64,000 nt of DNA from Pecten maximus. Its lineage: Eukaryota. Position 1 is the stretch's first letter. The number at the start of each line of letters is the position of its first letter. The notes beneath the pieces were generated by a model that did no database searches, was not told the origin of the DNA, and saw nothing but the letters and a program-made list of their open reading frames with translations. The DNA is taken from contig NC_047017.1 of NCBI RefSeq assembly GCF_902652985.1, positions 37,510,001-37,574,000 on the forward strand, given 5' to 3'. Of the stretch, positions 1 through 31,740 are shown one piece after another. The position numbers and the translations under genes were made by a program.

Positions 1-139
1 TTTTTCAACTTCCGCTTCCACAAACATTGATCCTAACACGAGATAATGAAACCAATTTGTTGAAATTAATAGCAATTGTTTCACAATAATATAATGTGTA
101 GGGAATATGGTGAAAGGTCAAGGTCGTCGTGGTAAATAC

Positions 140-452
140 TGTCTAGCATAATGATCCAACGATTCAATGATCCTCCAGTGATGCAATGATCCAACGACCC
201 AATGATTCAATGATCCAATGTTCCAACGACCGAATGATGCAATGATCCAACGACCGAATGATGCAATGATCCAACGACCGAATGATGCAATGATCAAACG
301 ACCGAATGATGCAATGATCCAACGACCCAATGATACAATGATGCAATGATCCAATGATACAATGATGCAATGAAACAATGAACCAATGATACAATGATGC
401 AATGATCCAACGACCCAATGTCACAATAATGCAATGAAACAATGATCCAATT
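140..452. repeat. Tandem repeat, 24-bp unit (atgatgcaatgatccaacgaccga) built from 8-bp caatgatN subunits
   Basis: Periodicity directly visible; accounts for the repetitive ORFs 118..402, 164..442 and 294..482. Confidence 0.9.
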
Positions 453-2593
453 ATACAATGTCCCTTGTTGGCGAAAGATCAAAATCGAATGTATATCCCT
501 TTATTGTTAAACACTGTGACGTAATATTATTGAGACTTAACTCCGAAAGGAACACTTTATCTTATCTTCTACGTTTAGATATTTATCTAGTTACATGTAG
601 TTATGTATTTAGTACAGTAATTGGCATTTGAACAAGTAATGTATGCCATATCTAGATATGCTGACATGACCAATGGTATTTCCCGTTCCAGTCTCACAAA
701 TGAATTCTTGATTTGAAAGTCAAACAGAATAAACGACATAAACACCGAATTGCCACTTCTTAGCGACACTGTGGAGAAGGTTGACGGACATGGAGGGCAC
801 AGGACTTGCGTTCCCTTGCATCATGCGACGCGGCGACACACTCTGGAGAGAAGCGTGAATATGGCGAGAGATACAAGAATTTTTTTTTTCAATCAGATCT
901 CAGAGAGAGATATCGTTTGCTTATCTAGTTCTGATCAACTTATTTTCGCATGTTCAGTAAAACAAATCGTTGTACGGTGTTGATTTCAGCGAAGAGTTCG
1001 CGATTTTCTCAGGCTAATGCACATTAATGACGCGATTGGAGACGAAGGATGGTTGTTTACGTTTTCACTGCTAAAAAAGGCGAGCCTGTGACGGTTTCGC
1101 ATACTTTATAAACTTCGTCCGTGATTATATATGGCTTGGTCGATCGATGTCTCCAGAATATTTCTGTTTGTGTTATTTGTCTGTTTTCTGTGTCAAAGCC
1201 ATGAAATAGCGAACACATTTGGGACGGGGTTATGATCGAGGGAGTGTTGGGGTATTTGCCAAGCGGAAATGAATAGAAGTGAAAGACGTTTATCGCAGTA
1301 ACTATAACGATTATATTATTCTTTCCAACAAATTGTATGACGTTACGGAAACTTAAAAAAAAAAAACAACGTAACGTCGACAATGTGTTGTATTTGTGCA
1401 ATGTCAATGATCTTTAAGACCACTGGACGGATTGATAATGTCATAAACTAGAAAAAATAAGCATCTAATTAAAAAACCGATAATTTCTTCTCAAAAATCA
1501 TGGAAGACACATGTATGACAGTCAGTGGAGATACATTTTGAGGATTCATTTGAAAATGTCATAAATGTGATTTCAAAATGGTGGACGAGAGATACTTGTT
1601 TATGACATTGTCACCGCCACTGTGTATGTTCTTATTTTTCGTTGCTGATATCGAACCACGAAAATAAATACAACAAATATAGTCTCACAACTATTAGATT
1701 ACGTGGAGTATCCACGGAAGTCTGTACCACAAAGCTATTTAAACAGCTTGGCAAACCCTTAACATTTCGTATCACGCAGTAAGAGGTTGTCGCGGCGTAT
1801 TACCTACAGATTGTTAAACATTGTCGTCAAGTTCCAATATTTGTCACCAGAAGAACCGTTCGTTCTGTACATTTTCTTTTAGGCTGTCACCATTTGAGGG
1901 GAAACTTTAAATAAAGTGTAGCCGATTTGTTTCTGACCAGGTGAACAATGGCAATCAAGTGCTTAAATGATTGGGACAGACAGTATTTTATTTTCAAAAT
2001 CAAAGCCGTAGTCCAACTTTAAGACCATGTAATATAGAAGGTGCTTCAAGGGCAATAGATTGTGGGTTCAAATTAGTTCCTGACCCATGGTCCATATCAT
2101 TATATACATGTATGCATTTATATGTAATAAATGTACATTAATTATATAGATACATGGCCAATATATAATGGACCTAGAATTTGGAGTGCCAAGTTGATGT
2201 GGTATAACTGATTGACGCTGACAAAATATAATTTTTTATTAAAAGAAGAAGATGTCATTTAAAAGGCGATTACATCCTCTCCGGTGACATAAAATGGTAT
2301 CCAGTTAGAATCCAAGTGTCTGACAAGAATTCATTGGATATCAAATCCGTCAACACGATTTGTAAGCGTACGCGCGCCACATGCGGTCATTTACTCACAA
2401 TTACTGACTGCTCCCTGTGATCGGTGTGGATTCGCTACAAAACACTACCAGATGGTTATAAAAATAAGGGTTCTATTTTTTCTATCAGCTTTAGGATTAA
2501 TTGTCGATAGGAAAACATCGCTTAAACAAACACACAACTTAATCATGTGATACAAGTAATAATAAATGCTCCCCACACTAGGAGAAAAATAAG

Positions 2594-19750
<17,157 letters not shown>

Positions 19751-20019
19751 TGACATTGTGATGTTTGGTATTTAATTGTGATTGCTGGCTTACTGTGACC
19801 TCATTTGCATTAGTGACTGATATGTGGATGTGTCGGCTATTTGATCATCAAAGTAGGTCAAACCTATACTGGAGAGGATTGAATCGTACATCTCATTGTG
19901 GACAGGCAACTTGCTGCTTTGATCGGTTCACTGTACAATTTACAATTGTTTACTGTTTGTCACATGACCTCCCTTTGACTTAACCTAGAAAAGTAGCTCT
20001 TAAAAAGGGACAAGCAATG

Positions 20020-20330
20020 TAGACGGATCATGTTCATTCCTGCAGTTCACTATAGACTGGTAATGTTCCTACACCTCATTGTGGACATTGTTCACTTTCT
20101 ACAGCTCACCGGTATGGTAGACAGGTCTCATTAATGGCTATGGCTCACTGTATACAGATTCTGATCATTCCTGCAGCTCACTATAGATTGGTAATTTTCG
20201 TACACCTCACTGTGGACATATGACTTTCTACAGCTCACCAGTATATTAGACAGGACTCATAAATCATTGGATGACTATAAGCTCACTGTATACAGATCCT
20301 GATGATTCCTTATAGCTCACTATGGATAGT
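20020..20330. repeat. Degenerate ~130-140-bp tandem repeat (about 2.3 copies) in the presumed EGLN1 3' UTR
   Basis: cattcctgcag.tcactataga.tggtaat recurs at ~20035 and ~20166, and partially at ~20304. Confidence 0.7.
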
Positions 20331-21024
20331 TAACTCCCAATTGACTTTGACAAAGGTCTGATTAAATAATCTATTTTGCTTGTTTGTGGTTGATTTTGTA
20401 AAATTTACCATCAGCAGGCTGTAAAAGTCTTGAAAAGTGTTGAATATTGTCCCATGGCCTTAAAAAGTATTTTAATGTGCGATAAGTGTTCCTTGAACAG
20501 ACATAAATATGAGGAAGTTGAAATCTGAAATTGGAACAGCAAACTTTTGGGGGCAATAAAAGGTGACAGTTCAATTGACAGAAATTAGCAAATAAGTGCA
20601 GAAATTGTGCATGGAAGATGTCCTGCATCAGGCATTGTAAATGCAAATTTTATTTTTTTCTGTATGAGAAGACTTTATAAAGGGATAATCTGTACAAGTT
20701 CAGATTTAATAAGATACTTTTTATAAAAATTGTACATAAGTATCTACTTATGCTCTTATGGGGATTGTTCACCTTAATTTACCATATGAATAATCAAAAT
20801 ATGATTTGTGGAAATCTTTATAGATCTCTATCTAAATCAATTTACTTACATGGCATCATGACAGGTTTGCATTGTATTAGCTGAACAGTATGAAATAATT
20901 GTGAACATTATAAATCAACCATAAATAAGCCTAAGGAAGCAATGGAATTGGCATCCCAGCAGACATTATAAGTGATCATGCAGTGTACACACTTGTGTAG
21001 TTACTGAATACTTTGCATGAAATT

Positions 21025-21240
21025 AGTGGCTGGGTGGTTAAGGTGTCCCAACACTTGATCACTAACCTTCCACCTCTGGGTTGCCAGTTCGAAACCCATG
21101 TGGGGCATGCACAGTTGCCTGGTACTGACCGTTGGCCGGTGGTTTTTCTCTGGGTATTCCGGCTTTCCTCCACCTCCAGAACCTGGCATGTCCTTAAATG
21201 ACCCTGGCTGTTAATTGAACGTTAAACAAAATAAACCTAA
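21025..21240 (+). mobile_element. tRNA-derived SINE
   Basis: A box (tggctgggtggttaagg), B box (agttcgaaaccc), central core ggtttttctctgggtattccggctttcctccacc, and 3' cgttaaac + A-rich tail. Confidence 0.85.
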
Positions 21241-21319
21241 ATGCATGAAATCTATGATAAAGCCCTCAGCTCTATTTTCCCAATATACTCTATTTAGGTA
21301 GTCTTCCAGTTAATTATAT

Positions 21320-21900
21320 CTGTAGCTCTGCCATAGACAGGACTTTCTTAAGTCAGAACACTGTCCTACATCAGTTTCCAGCAGCTAGGATTTGAAGCTG
21401 TGTCATATATAGGTCTTTCTATAGTCGGACAACTGTCCTACATTGGTTTGTCTGTTTGTCCAACAGCTAGGATTTGTAGCTGTGTCATATATAGGTCTTT
21501 CTATAATTAGACAACTGTCCTACATTGATTTGTCTGTTTGTCCAACAGCTGGGATTTGTAGCTCTGCCATAGATAGGACTTTCTATAGTCGGACAACTGT
21601 CCTACATTGGTTTGTCGGTTTGTCCAACAGCTAGGATTTGTAGCTGTGTCATAGATAGGTCTTTCTATAGTCGGACAACTGTCCTACATTGGTTCGTCCA
21701 ACAGCTAGGATTTGTAGCTGTGTCATAGATAGGTCTTTCTATAGTCGGACAACTGTCCTACATTGGTTCGTCCAACAGCTAGGATTTGTAGCTGTGTCAT
21801 AGATAGGACTTGTTACATATCCAGAACATTGTCATACATCAGTTTTCAAGATCTGCCATAGACTGGACTTGCTATAGTTAGAACACTTTCCTACAGTAGT
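21320..21900. repeat. 74-83-bp tandem repeat
   Basis: Recurrent ccaacagctaggatttgtagctgtgtcatagataggtctttctatagtcggacaactgtcctacattgg. Confidence 0.9.
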
Positions 21901-23359
21901 TACAATGTTAAGTTTCCGATAGCTAGGACTCGTAGTACTCAAACAATGTAAGAGGTTTACTCAGCGAGAAACTTGTGACTGGTACCCGTCACTGATGGCA
22001 CAATAATGTCATGCACCACTTCCTATAGTCAGAATACTGTCTTAAATCAGTTAAAATGTTATATTTCTAATAGTATGACTAGTCTTAAAATCATTCCATC
22101 CGACAAAAATGTCTCAGTGAGACTCTGTTAATGTAGCTATGTTTCCAAAAGCTAGGACAATTACAGATTTTTAAATGAACATTAATGTTCCTTTATTTCA
22201 AATGCACGATTTAAATTTGAATCCATATTGACCTTGAATAAGGTCATTAATTTATAAAAAGTGATACATGATCATGTTCAGCAGCTGGTATGTGTGAACC
22301 ATCCTTACTCCTTCAACCCATATGCATGCTGGGCCTAGTTTCCTCTACCTAAGTAAACTCCTAGGAAAGCATTATTGGATTTTAGGGGAAATCCTTAGAC
22401 AAGGATCTTAACTTAAAATCTTTAATGCATTCACATAAAAAATTTCTGTTAAGGAGAAAGCTGGTTTAGAAAGGTTACACTATATTGATTGGATATTAAA
22501 TATAACAGCATGTGAACATTTTGAGCCATTATAATTAGCATATAATGGGTTATTTTAGCCAGTGTAATATCTAGTTTTAACATAAAAATTCAAGAGTTTA
22601 ATTTTAGAGTGTATGGTTTTAGCTATTGTCCTACCTAAGATCTTATTCTAGCATTTAAGAAATAATGTACTATGTTCCAACATTTTCCACACTTTTGACT
22701 TGTCTGTTCATAATTGTTTGAACATTGTTATTAATTACACTCAAAACATGTGGTCCAAGAATTTTCTCTAGATGTAAGGGAGGTAACTTAGGCTGTACCT
22801 ATTTTCAAGGCTTTCCATTTACCTGGTTGCTATTCTTCCATGTTCTATTTTCACAGCCATCGTCAGAAAATTACATATTACAATGACGTTAAAACCCCTA
22901 TCATTACATTTCTTGTCTAACAATGAAATACAATGTACATTTACGTTAATAACAATGACTGGCTTTGCAGGTAATTCAGTGTTGATGCCTTTAAACTTAT
23001 CATACCTTAGGTATATACCATTGTTTAAGAGTTCATGTTTTTACTTTATACAAATTTGTTGACGAATCCCATAATAAATTCTTATTACATGATATGTTTT
23101 GTTTGTTGTGTTTGGATATTCTAAAGGAAGCAATATTTAACACATTTATGTATATATTGAATGTGCATATGTATATTTTGACACTGTACAACTACGACAG
23201 AAAATTTAAATAATTAACTTTCAGATCTATCATCAAATAGACAAAAATAAAATAAAATTTAGTTAAGATAGCTCTGTTAATTGTATATGTTGGCTAATGG
23301 TGACCAATGAAGGCAAATTTAATTCCTAATTTGTTGTCTCAAACATTAACCATTACCAA

Positions 23360-23897
23360 AACAAAAGGCCCAGATGGCATGAATTGCTCACCTGGATAAT
23401 TCAGTAATTAAGGCAAAATAATCCAATTTTAAGTTATACTAGGTATTTCAAATATTTTCCTACTTTTTAACTGCCTCTCCAAACAATGGTTCCAACTACA
23501 GGTGGACCAAATCCTGTTATTCTTGAAAATAAAGTTTTAATTTTTTTTTTTGCTATACTATCCTGATTAGGCCCCTTTTGTCCCACCCTAAGTGGGTCAC
23601 ATCCTTCGTTTAAACAACATAAGATGTCATTTAGCCAATTATGTGCCAAACCAATTTTCATCAAAATCCATTCAGGACTAGTGGCAATTTAAAGGATTAA
23701 CCTTAATTTCCCTTATTGGGCCCGGCACCTCCTGCCCTAGAGGAGTCACAACCTCCGTTTATACGTTTGCCAATAATGCTCCAGACCAAATTTCATCAAA
23801 ATCCATTCAGGCATTCAGGACTAGTAGGGATATAAAGGAAATGGTGACGGACAACAGATGCTGCACCATGGCATCTTCGGGCCAGGTGAGCTAATAA
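23360..23897 (-). mobile_element. Helitron/Helentron-like non-autonomous repeat
   Basis: Ends aacaaaaggccc..gctcacctgg and ccaggtgagctaa (subterminal inverted repeat plus terminal hairpin). Confidence 0.65.
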
Positions 23898-24125
23898 ACT
23901 GCTAACAAAATCACATGGTGTCCTTCACTGCCTAGAATATAAAATATCAACATGATCATGTGAAAAATGTCCTATTTCACAGCAGTTTGTATTACAGTTC
24001 CTGTGCTATAGGATGTAACAGTGTCTTTCCAGCCTAATTGTACCTATAAACAGATTACATGTATATCACCCTTGTACTTGTTTGTAGTAAGAAATACAAA
24101 AGTACTGCAAGTCATATTTAAGAAC

Positions 24126-24980
24126 AAACAAGAGGCCAAGAGGGCCTGTATTTCTTGCCTGGTTCACCTGGTTGGATTTGACCAAACATCAAAATAATGT
24201 TCATGTTCAATTCGATAATCGCTTTACTTGTTGAATTTGAATAATGTTCTATATGGTTATGGGGTGGGGATCTCAACTTCTTTCAAGGATATAACCCAGA
24301 TATGAAGTCTAGACTCCCTTGGGGTGTGAAAAGAGGGATTTTTTTTTTTACATATTGTGTTTCAAGAAAATAAGTCCCTTGGGGTGAGGAAAATTCCCAT
24401 GGCCTACTTTTACATCAGGATTATGTTTATCTCTTAATGCCCAGCAATGTTATTGCTATAAGTCTTCAGGGGAAGGGAAAGACCACAGGGCCTATTTTTA
24501 CAACAGGATTGTGTTTATCTCTTGATGTCCATCAATGCTATACAGAGCAACCCGCTTATTTGCATAGCCCTTTTTCCATGACAAAATATGCAAATAACCG
24601 GAGTATTCGTATAGGCGGAGTTGGGTTTTGGCCCCTCTAATACACATGTAGATCGTCAGGTAGGTACTCAAAACGGGCGCTATGATTGTTTACGTTATTT
24701 GCATTAAACATATATTAAAACAAAATATCTAAAATATAAGAGTAAATACGAAATACATGGGTTGTTATTCTTTGTAAATGTACAAATAAAAATATTTGCA
24801 TACACTTCATTGTTTACTAAAGTTACTTTTCACTCTGGGTCCTGGCCAGCCCCACAACTTGTAGCTTCTGAATCCCCACCACCTAGGGATGCTACCAGTA
24901 AAATATGGGCAATATCTATAACTTAGTTCCAGAGAAGAAGTCATTTTTAGCAATATAGCTTCGGACCAGATGAGCTAAAA
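24126..24980 (-). mobile_element. Second Helitron/Helentron-like copy, with a nested DNA-transposon fragment (~24541-24820)
   Basis: Ends aacaagaggccaagagggcct..tcacctgg and ttcggaccagatgagctaaaa. Nested piece starts tacagagcaacccgcttat. Confidence 0.55.
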
Positions 24981-26014
24981 ATAAATCCTTTAGTAGGCTT
25001 CTTAAAATAAACTTATCATGGCATTTGGTTGCTTTAAGACTATCTAAAAACTTAACACTGTTATGGTCACATATATAGAGTTTTTTAAAAGGAAACTCCA
25101 ACATGAGTAATCCCAGTACAAATTTGAGGGATGAACAAAGCACTTTCTATCGGAGGATGTGCTACAGCATTGGACTGGTGTGAAGATCCAAGGTGTGTGT
25201 TTCCGAAACCGAGATCACATACCATCTAGTGTTGTCCTGGTTGAGCCCTTGGAAAGACTTTACCCCAGTCAGAGATGATCTGCATAACATGTCACAAACC
25301 CCCCATATATCATTCGGTGAAAGAAATCACAATCTACTACAAAGAGACCCTGTCTCAAAATGTTGAGCAAACAATTGATCTTTTTACCCAGGTAATTGAC
25401 TGCTTACTTAATGACACAACATTACTGATAATGCTTTTTTGTAACAGATCCTGTAAAAAAAAATTTAATTAAAGATGTTGTTGTGCTAGAGCATTACTGG
25501 CACATTGCTAAAACTGTAGTATCATCTGTTCCAAAAAATATGAAAAAAACAACATTTTGGATATTGGTAAGACATACAAAAATGTAGATGTTTCATGATT
25601 TATTGCGTTGATCAGATAGATAAGATAACAGTTGTATTGGCATTTTCATTTTATTTTACATTATATATATAAGTACACAATGAAAGAAGCTTTACACAAC
25701 ATAAAAATTGTGCATTTCATCAAATTCAATATCCAATGCAAGTCATCCCATATGACTTGTATAACATAAACACCATGTAACTACAATCTCATTATTATGG
25801 AAGATTGTATCCTTTAGAGATATCCAACAGTTGTTCAAAGTTCTGATAATCAAACAATATAGTTGTGATATTGGAATCAACAGATCCACACCTCACCATA
25901 TGAATACTCTCACAGCAATATTGAATCATTCAAAAGTTCTGATAATCAAATTATGGAGTTATGATTTCAGACTTCACAAAGTGCCACACTTGGCAAAATA
26001 AAGCTGGTTTGACA

Positions 26015-29000
26015 TCAGGATGTGCTATTTTTCTGCAGAGATGTGAGTTTGCTGTGCCAATCCTCCTCAGAGATATTCTTGGCCCATTCAGGAATATTGG
26101 TCGCAGGAAGGTGGATAGAAGACATAGCGGCCTTCACACTCTCTTCTTGTCCTGTTTAACATAAACAACTCTGATTATGTTCATCTTTTATTCAGAGGAT
26201 TTTACAGAAGAAATACTATACAAAATAAGGAGAAAAATGTAAAACTATTTAGTTCTACAGTTCACTGCCTGGCTCGAGTATTTGGGACGGCCTTTGTATC
26301 ACTACATGACAGATAAACAAGAGGCACATGGGGCCTGTATGCTCACTTGGATATTTCTAGCAAAACACCAATGCTTTTCCCATATTCAGATCCCCTTTAA
26401 CTAAAATTTAACTGTCATTTTCCAAGGAAGATTAAAAGCAAGTTCGGAAGCAAATCACTAACATAATAACCATTTTTGACCATTTATTCAAAGCTGATTT
26501 CACTTTCCCCAAGTATTCTTCTGACCAAATTTGGTTAAAATCCATTCAGCCAATTTTCATCAATTTCTCTTAATTATAACAGGACATCGTGATGAAATAT
26601 TAAGGGGAGATAACTCATCTTTACTTTCATGGTAAAAGTAATGTTTTTATTCTTTCATAATTGAATATTAATTAATCATAAGCAATGACTGCATGAAAGG
26701 TTATCTGATTTCCATTCATGACAAAATAGTTTCATTGAAAAAAATGTTCCAATTTCCGTATCTTGGTGCAATAAAATGCAGCCAAAAATACAATTCTTAC
26801 TTGTGATTAAAATTTCTCAACTAAAACATGATTCTCCTTGAAACACTAAACATTTACAGAGAAATGTGGTCTTTTATCATCCTTATTTGAAATAATCACT
26901 TTTTTGAAAATTGTATGTTTTCTCTAAAACATTTTGATACATGTATTGAGAAAATGGTGGCACAAAGATCACTCATGTCAATTTTTATGACAATGTGTTC
27001 AGTATTTCCTGACCGTGTCGTATCCCCTTAATTACTTCTATTTCCCCTATTGGACCCCCACTCCTGCCCAAGGCGAGACCTTTATCCCTATTTATCAGAT
27101 GCTATTGGTAAGTAGATTTCCCCAGTGGAACACTATTAATTTGTAAGTAGATTTCCCTGTGGAACACTATTTATTGGTAAGTAGATTTCCCCAGTGAAAC
27201 ACTATTTATTGGTAAGTAGATTTCCCAAGTGGAACACTATTAATTGGTAAGTAGATTTCCCAGTGAAACACTATTTATTGGTAAGTAGATTTCCCAGTGG
27301 AACACTATTAATTGGTAAGTTGATTTCCCAGTGAAACACTATTAATTGGTAAGTAGATTTCCCCAGTGAAACACTATTTATTGGTAAGTTGATTTCCCAG
27401 TGGAACACTATTTATTGGTAAGTAGATTTCCCAGTGAAACACTATTGATTGGTAAGTAGATTTCCCAGTGAAACACTATTTATTGGTAAGTAGATTTCCC
27501 AGTGGAACACTATTTATTGGTAAGTAGATTTCCCCAGTGAAACACTATTAATTGGCAAGTAGATTTCCCCAGTGAAACACTATTTATTGGTAAGTAGATT
27601 TCCCCAGTGAAACATTATTAATTTGGCAAGTAGATTTCCCCAGTGAAACACTATTTATTGGTAAGTAGATTTCCCAGTGGAACACTATTCATTGGTAAGT
27701 AGATTTCCCCAGTGGAACATTATTTATTGGTAAGTAGATTTCCCCAGTGAAACACTATTGATTGGTAAGTAGATTTCCCAGTGAAACACTATTGATTGGT
27801 AAGTAGATTTCCCCAGTGAAACACTATTTATTGGTTAGTAGATTTCCCCAGTGAAACACTATTTATTGGTTAGTAGATTTCCCAGTGAAACACTATTTAT
27901 TGGTAAGTAGATTTCCTGAGTGAAACACTATATATTGGTAGTAGATTTCCCCAGTGGAACACTATTTATTGGTAAGTAGATTTCCCCAGTTGAACAATTT
28001 TTATTGGTAAGTAGATTTCCCCAGTGAAACACTATTTATTGGTAAGTAGATTTCCCAGTGAAACACTATTTATTGGTAAGTAGATTTCCCCAGTGAAACA
28101 TTATTTATTGGTAAGTAGATTTCCCAGTGGAACACTATTTAAGTAGATTTCCCCAGTGGAACACTATTTATTAGTAAGTAGATTTCCCTGTGGAACACTA
28201 TGAATTGGTAAGTAGATTTCCCAGTGGAACACTATTTATTGGTAAGTAGATTTCCCCCAGTGAAACACTATTTATTGGTAAGTAGATTTCCCAGTGAAAC
28301 ACTATTTATTGGTAAGTAGATTTCCCAGTGGAACACTATTTATTGGTAAGTAGATTTCCCAGTGGAACACTATTTATTGGTAAGTAGATTTCCCAGTGAA
28401 ACACTATTTATTAGTAAGTAGATTTCCCAGTGAAACACTATTTATTGGTAAGTAGATTTCCCAGTGGAACACTATTTACTGGTAAGTAGATTTCCCAGTG
28501 GAACACTATTTATTGGTAAGTAGATTTCCCAGTGGAACACTATTTAAGTAGATTTCCCAGTGGAACACTATTTATTAGTAAGTAGATATCCCTGTGGAAC
28601 ACTATGAATTGGTAAGTAGATTTCCCAGTGAAACCCTATTTATTGGTAAGTAGATTTCCCAGTGGAACACTATTTATTGGTAAGTAGATTTCCTCAGTGG
28701 AACATTATTTATTGGTAGTAGATTTCCCAGTGGAACACTATTTATTGATAAGTAGATTTCCCTGTGGAACACTATTGATTGGTAAGTAGATTTCCCTGTG
28801 GAACACTATTTATTGGTAAGTAGATTTCCCAGTGGAACATTATTTATTAGTAAGTAGATTTCCCAGTGGAACATTATTTATTGGTAAGTAGATTTCCCAG
28901 TGGAACACTATTTATTGATAAGTAGATTTCCCCAGTGGAACACTATTTATTGGTAAGTAGATTTCCCAGTGGAACACTATTAATTGGTTAGTAGATTTCC

Positions 29001-31248
29001 CAGTGGAACACTATTAATTGGTAAGTAGATTTCCGAGTGGAACATTATTTATTGGTAAGTAGATTTCCCAGTGGAACATTATTTATTGGTAAGTAGATTC
29101 CCCCAGTGAAACACTATTTATTGGTAAGTAGATTTCCTGAGTGAAACACTATTTATTAGTAAGTAGATTTCCCAGTGGAACACTATTTATTGGTAAGTAG
29201 ATTTCCCCAGTGAAACACTATTTATTAGTAAGTAGATTTCCCAGTGGAACATTATTTATTGGTAAGTAGATTTCCCCAGTGGAACATTATTTATTGGTAA
29301 GTAGATTTCCCCAGTGAAACACTATTTATTAGTAAGTAGATTTCCCCAGTGAAACACTATTTATTGGTAAGTTGATTTCCCAGTGGAACATTATTTATTG
29401 GTAAGTAGATTTCCCCAGTGAAACACTATTTATTAGTAAGTAGATTTCCCCAGTGAAACACTATTTATTGGTAAGTTGATTTCCCAGTGAAACACTATTT
29501 ATTGGTAAGTTGATTTCCCAGTGAAACACTATTTATTGGTAAGTAGATTTCCCCAGTTGAACACTATTTATTGGTAAGTAGATTTCCCAGTGGAACATTA
29601 TTTATTGGTAAGTAGATTTCCCCAGTGAAACACTATTTGTTAGTAAGTAGATTTCCCCAGTGAAACACTATTTATTGGTAAGTTGATTTCCCAGTGAAAC
29701 ACTATTTATTGGTAAGTTGATTTCCCAGTGAAACACTATTTATTGGTAAGTAGATTTCCCCAGTTGAACAATTTTTATTGGTAAGTAGATTTCCCAGTGA
29801 AACATTATTTATTGGTAAGTAGATTTCCCAGTAGAACACTATCTAAGTAGATTTCCCAGTGGAACATTATTTATTGGTAAGTAGATTTCCCCAGTGAAAC
29901 ACTATTGATTGGTAAGTAGATTTCCCTTTGGAACACTATTTATTGGTAAGTAGATTTCCCCTGTGAAACACTATTTATTGGTTAGTAGATTTCCCAGTGA
30001 AACACTATTTATTGGTAGTAGATTTCCCCAGTGAAACACTATTTATTGGTAAGTAGATTTCCCCAGTGAAACACTATTTATTGGTAAGTTGATTTCCCAG
30101 TGAAACACTATTTATTGGTAAGTTGATTTCCCCAGTGAAACACTATTTATTGGTAAGTAGATTTCCCCAGTGAAACACGACACTATTTATTGGTTAGTAG
30201 ATTTCCCCAGTGAAACACGACACTATTTATTGGTAAGTAGATTTCCCATTGAAAACACTATTCATTGGGCAGTAGATTTCCCAGTAGAACACTATTTAAT
30301 GGTATGTATTGGTAATAGAAATTCAAGCTTGAATTCTATTCTTACCTGGCTCCATTTGTATGGAAGATGTTCTCTGTTTGTTCCATAATAAATCTTTGGA
30401 TTCAGGTTTTGGTAATTCAGGTAACTGTAAAATAGAAGTACATATGTAATCCTATATACCCAGTACCAGCTGGCATACTGTAATACAGCCAGTGTGTACA
30501 TGGTTTGTTCTTTACTTGAAGTGGTACATACATGTATATGTATGGATGATATGGAGAATAGTCACAACTACTTTGTTGATGAATGTATAGCTATCAACAT
30601 TGATGTAAACAATTGACAAACATTTCATCATCCTAAAGACCATTGTGTTAAACCCCATCTGGCTAATATCACCTGACAGCTTAAAGGGTATTTTATTGAA
30701 ATACACGATAAGAAGTAAATAGACTAGAATTACAATATTTTACTATTCAGCAAACAGATTTACTGAATTTTAAAATGTTTTCTGTAAAGTGTCTAGGAAT
30801 TTGTGGATGGCAGTGTATTTTAATGTTACCTTGCAAATGAATATGTACAATATACCTTCATATAACCTGCTGCCTGTCCGCCAGTGTTTTTGTGTAGCAC
30901 ATAGTGATCGAGCTTATTTAAATGTTCTGAATTGTCTTTATCACAGTCAGCAGAGTTAGGGCCCTCAGCACCTGCCTCAGTTGAGCTCGCACTGCTCTGA
31001 CTTGATTGGCTGTGGTCATCTGTGTTCATTACACTTGTGCCTGGCACATCATTAGGTATATCATCAGGTTCCTGTGGCAACATCTGATATCCATAGTAAC
31101 TGTCCCCATCCTCACTTTCGCTCTCGGAATCAGAGTTAGCATTGTCAATGACAAACTGGGGGGTGGGGATGTTTTCCACTTCCTGTTCGTCCTCGTCTGA
31201 GGGGGGTCCCTTGTCTGTTTCACCATCTGGCTCAGGCTGGGGAGACAT
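26015..31248 (-). CDS. MEA1: Male-enhanced antigen 1, 202 aa
   Basis: Exons 31248-30856, 30424-30346, 26151-26015 (609 nt, phases 0 and 1). Acidic N-terminus with GYQMLPQEP; C-terminal VKAAMSSIHLPATNIPEWAKNISEEDW matches the MEA1 signature. Acceptor at ~31270 implies an upstream non-coding exon, probably ~35325-35440. Confidence 0.9.
27100..30300. repeat. 34-35-bp tandem satellite (tttcccagtggaacactatttattggtaagtaga), ~3.2 kb, in the last MEA1 intron
   Basis: About 90 units directly visible. Confidence 0.98.
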
Positions 31249-31740
31249 TCTATTAGTCTTTTGGTGTTCCTGTAATTATATTTATATAAATATCAAACAA
31301 TTTTATCATAAGTAAACCTAGACACAAACTTAAGAGTTTAATAGGTTTCAAAATGATGTATTTCTTACATTTTATTTGAGCTACATACAAGGAAATATCG
31401 AAAATATCATTCTATTTCCAACTAAGCTTACATTAATTAATTGACCAAGAAAGGAATTAATACCAGGGGACTAACTTTCTTTTTTACAGCTTACAGACTT
31501 CCATCATTAGTAAAGGATATATCATAGGTTTTTATTTAACAGACTGCTCAAACTCTAATCTCTGATCTCCCTGTGACCTATTCCACCACCTTGTATAGGT
31601 TATATATGCATGCACTCTATCAAAAAGTGCAAATGCAAGGGGTTCCTGGACAACATTATGTAAAAACTATGAAGCGATTATATTTAAAAATTTGGTGTTT
31701 CTTCTTGACTTCATGATCAGAACATATGTAATATATATAT

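Noticed and set aside
118-482. His/Trp-rich repetitive ORFs
   Set aside because: Translation by-products of the 24-bp tandem repeat.
27100-30300. CRISPR-like array (34-35-bp repeats)
   Set aside because: Units are head-to-tail with no unique spacers, there are no cas genes, and the context is a eukaryotic intron. The same applies to the 40-bp and 50-bp arrays.
30826-30855. ORF-track C-terminus of MEA1 exon (VYCTYSFAR) and donor at 30830
   Set aside because: Only the donor after 30856 keeps phase with the next exon.
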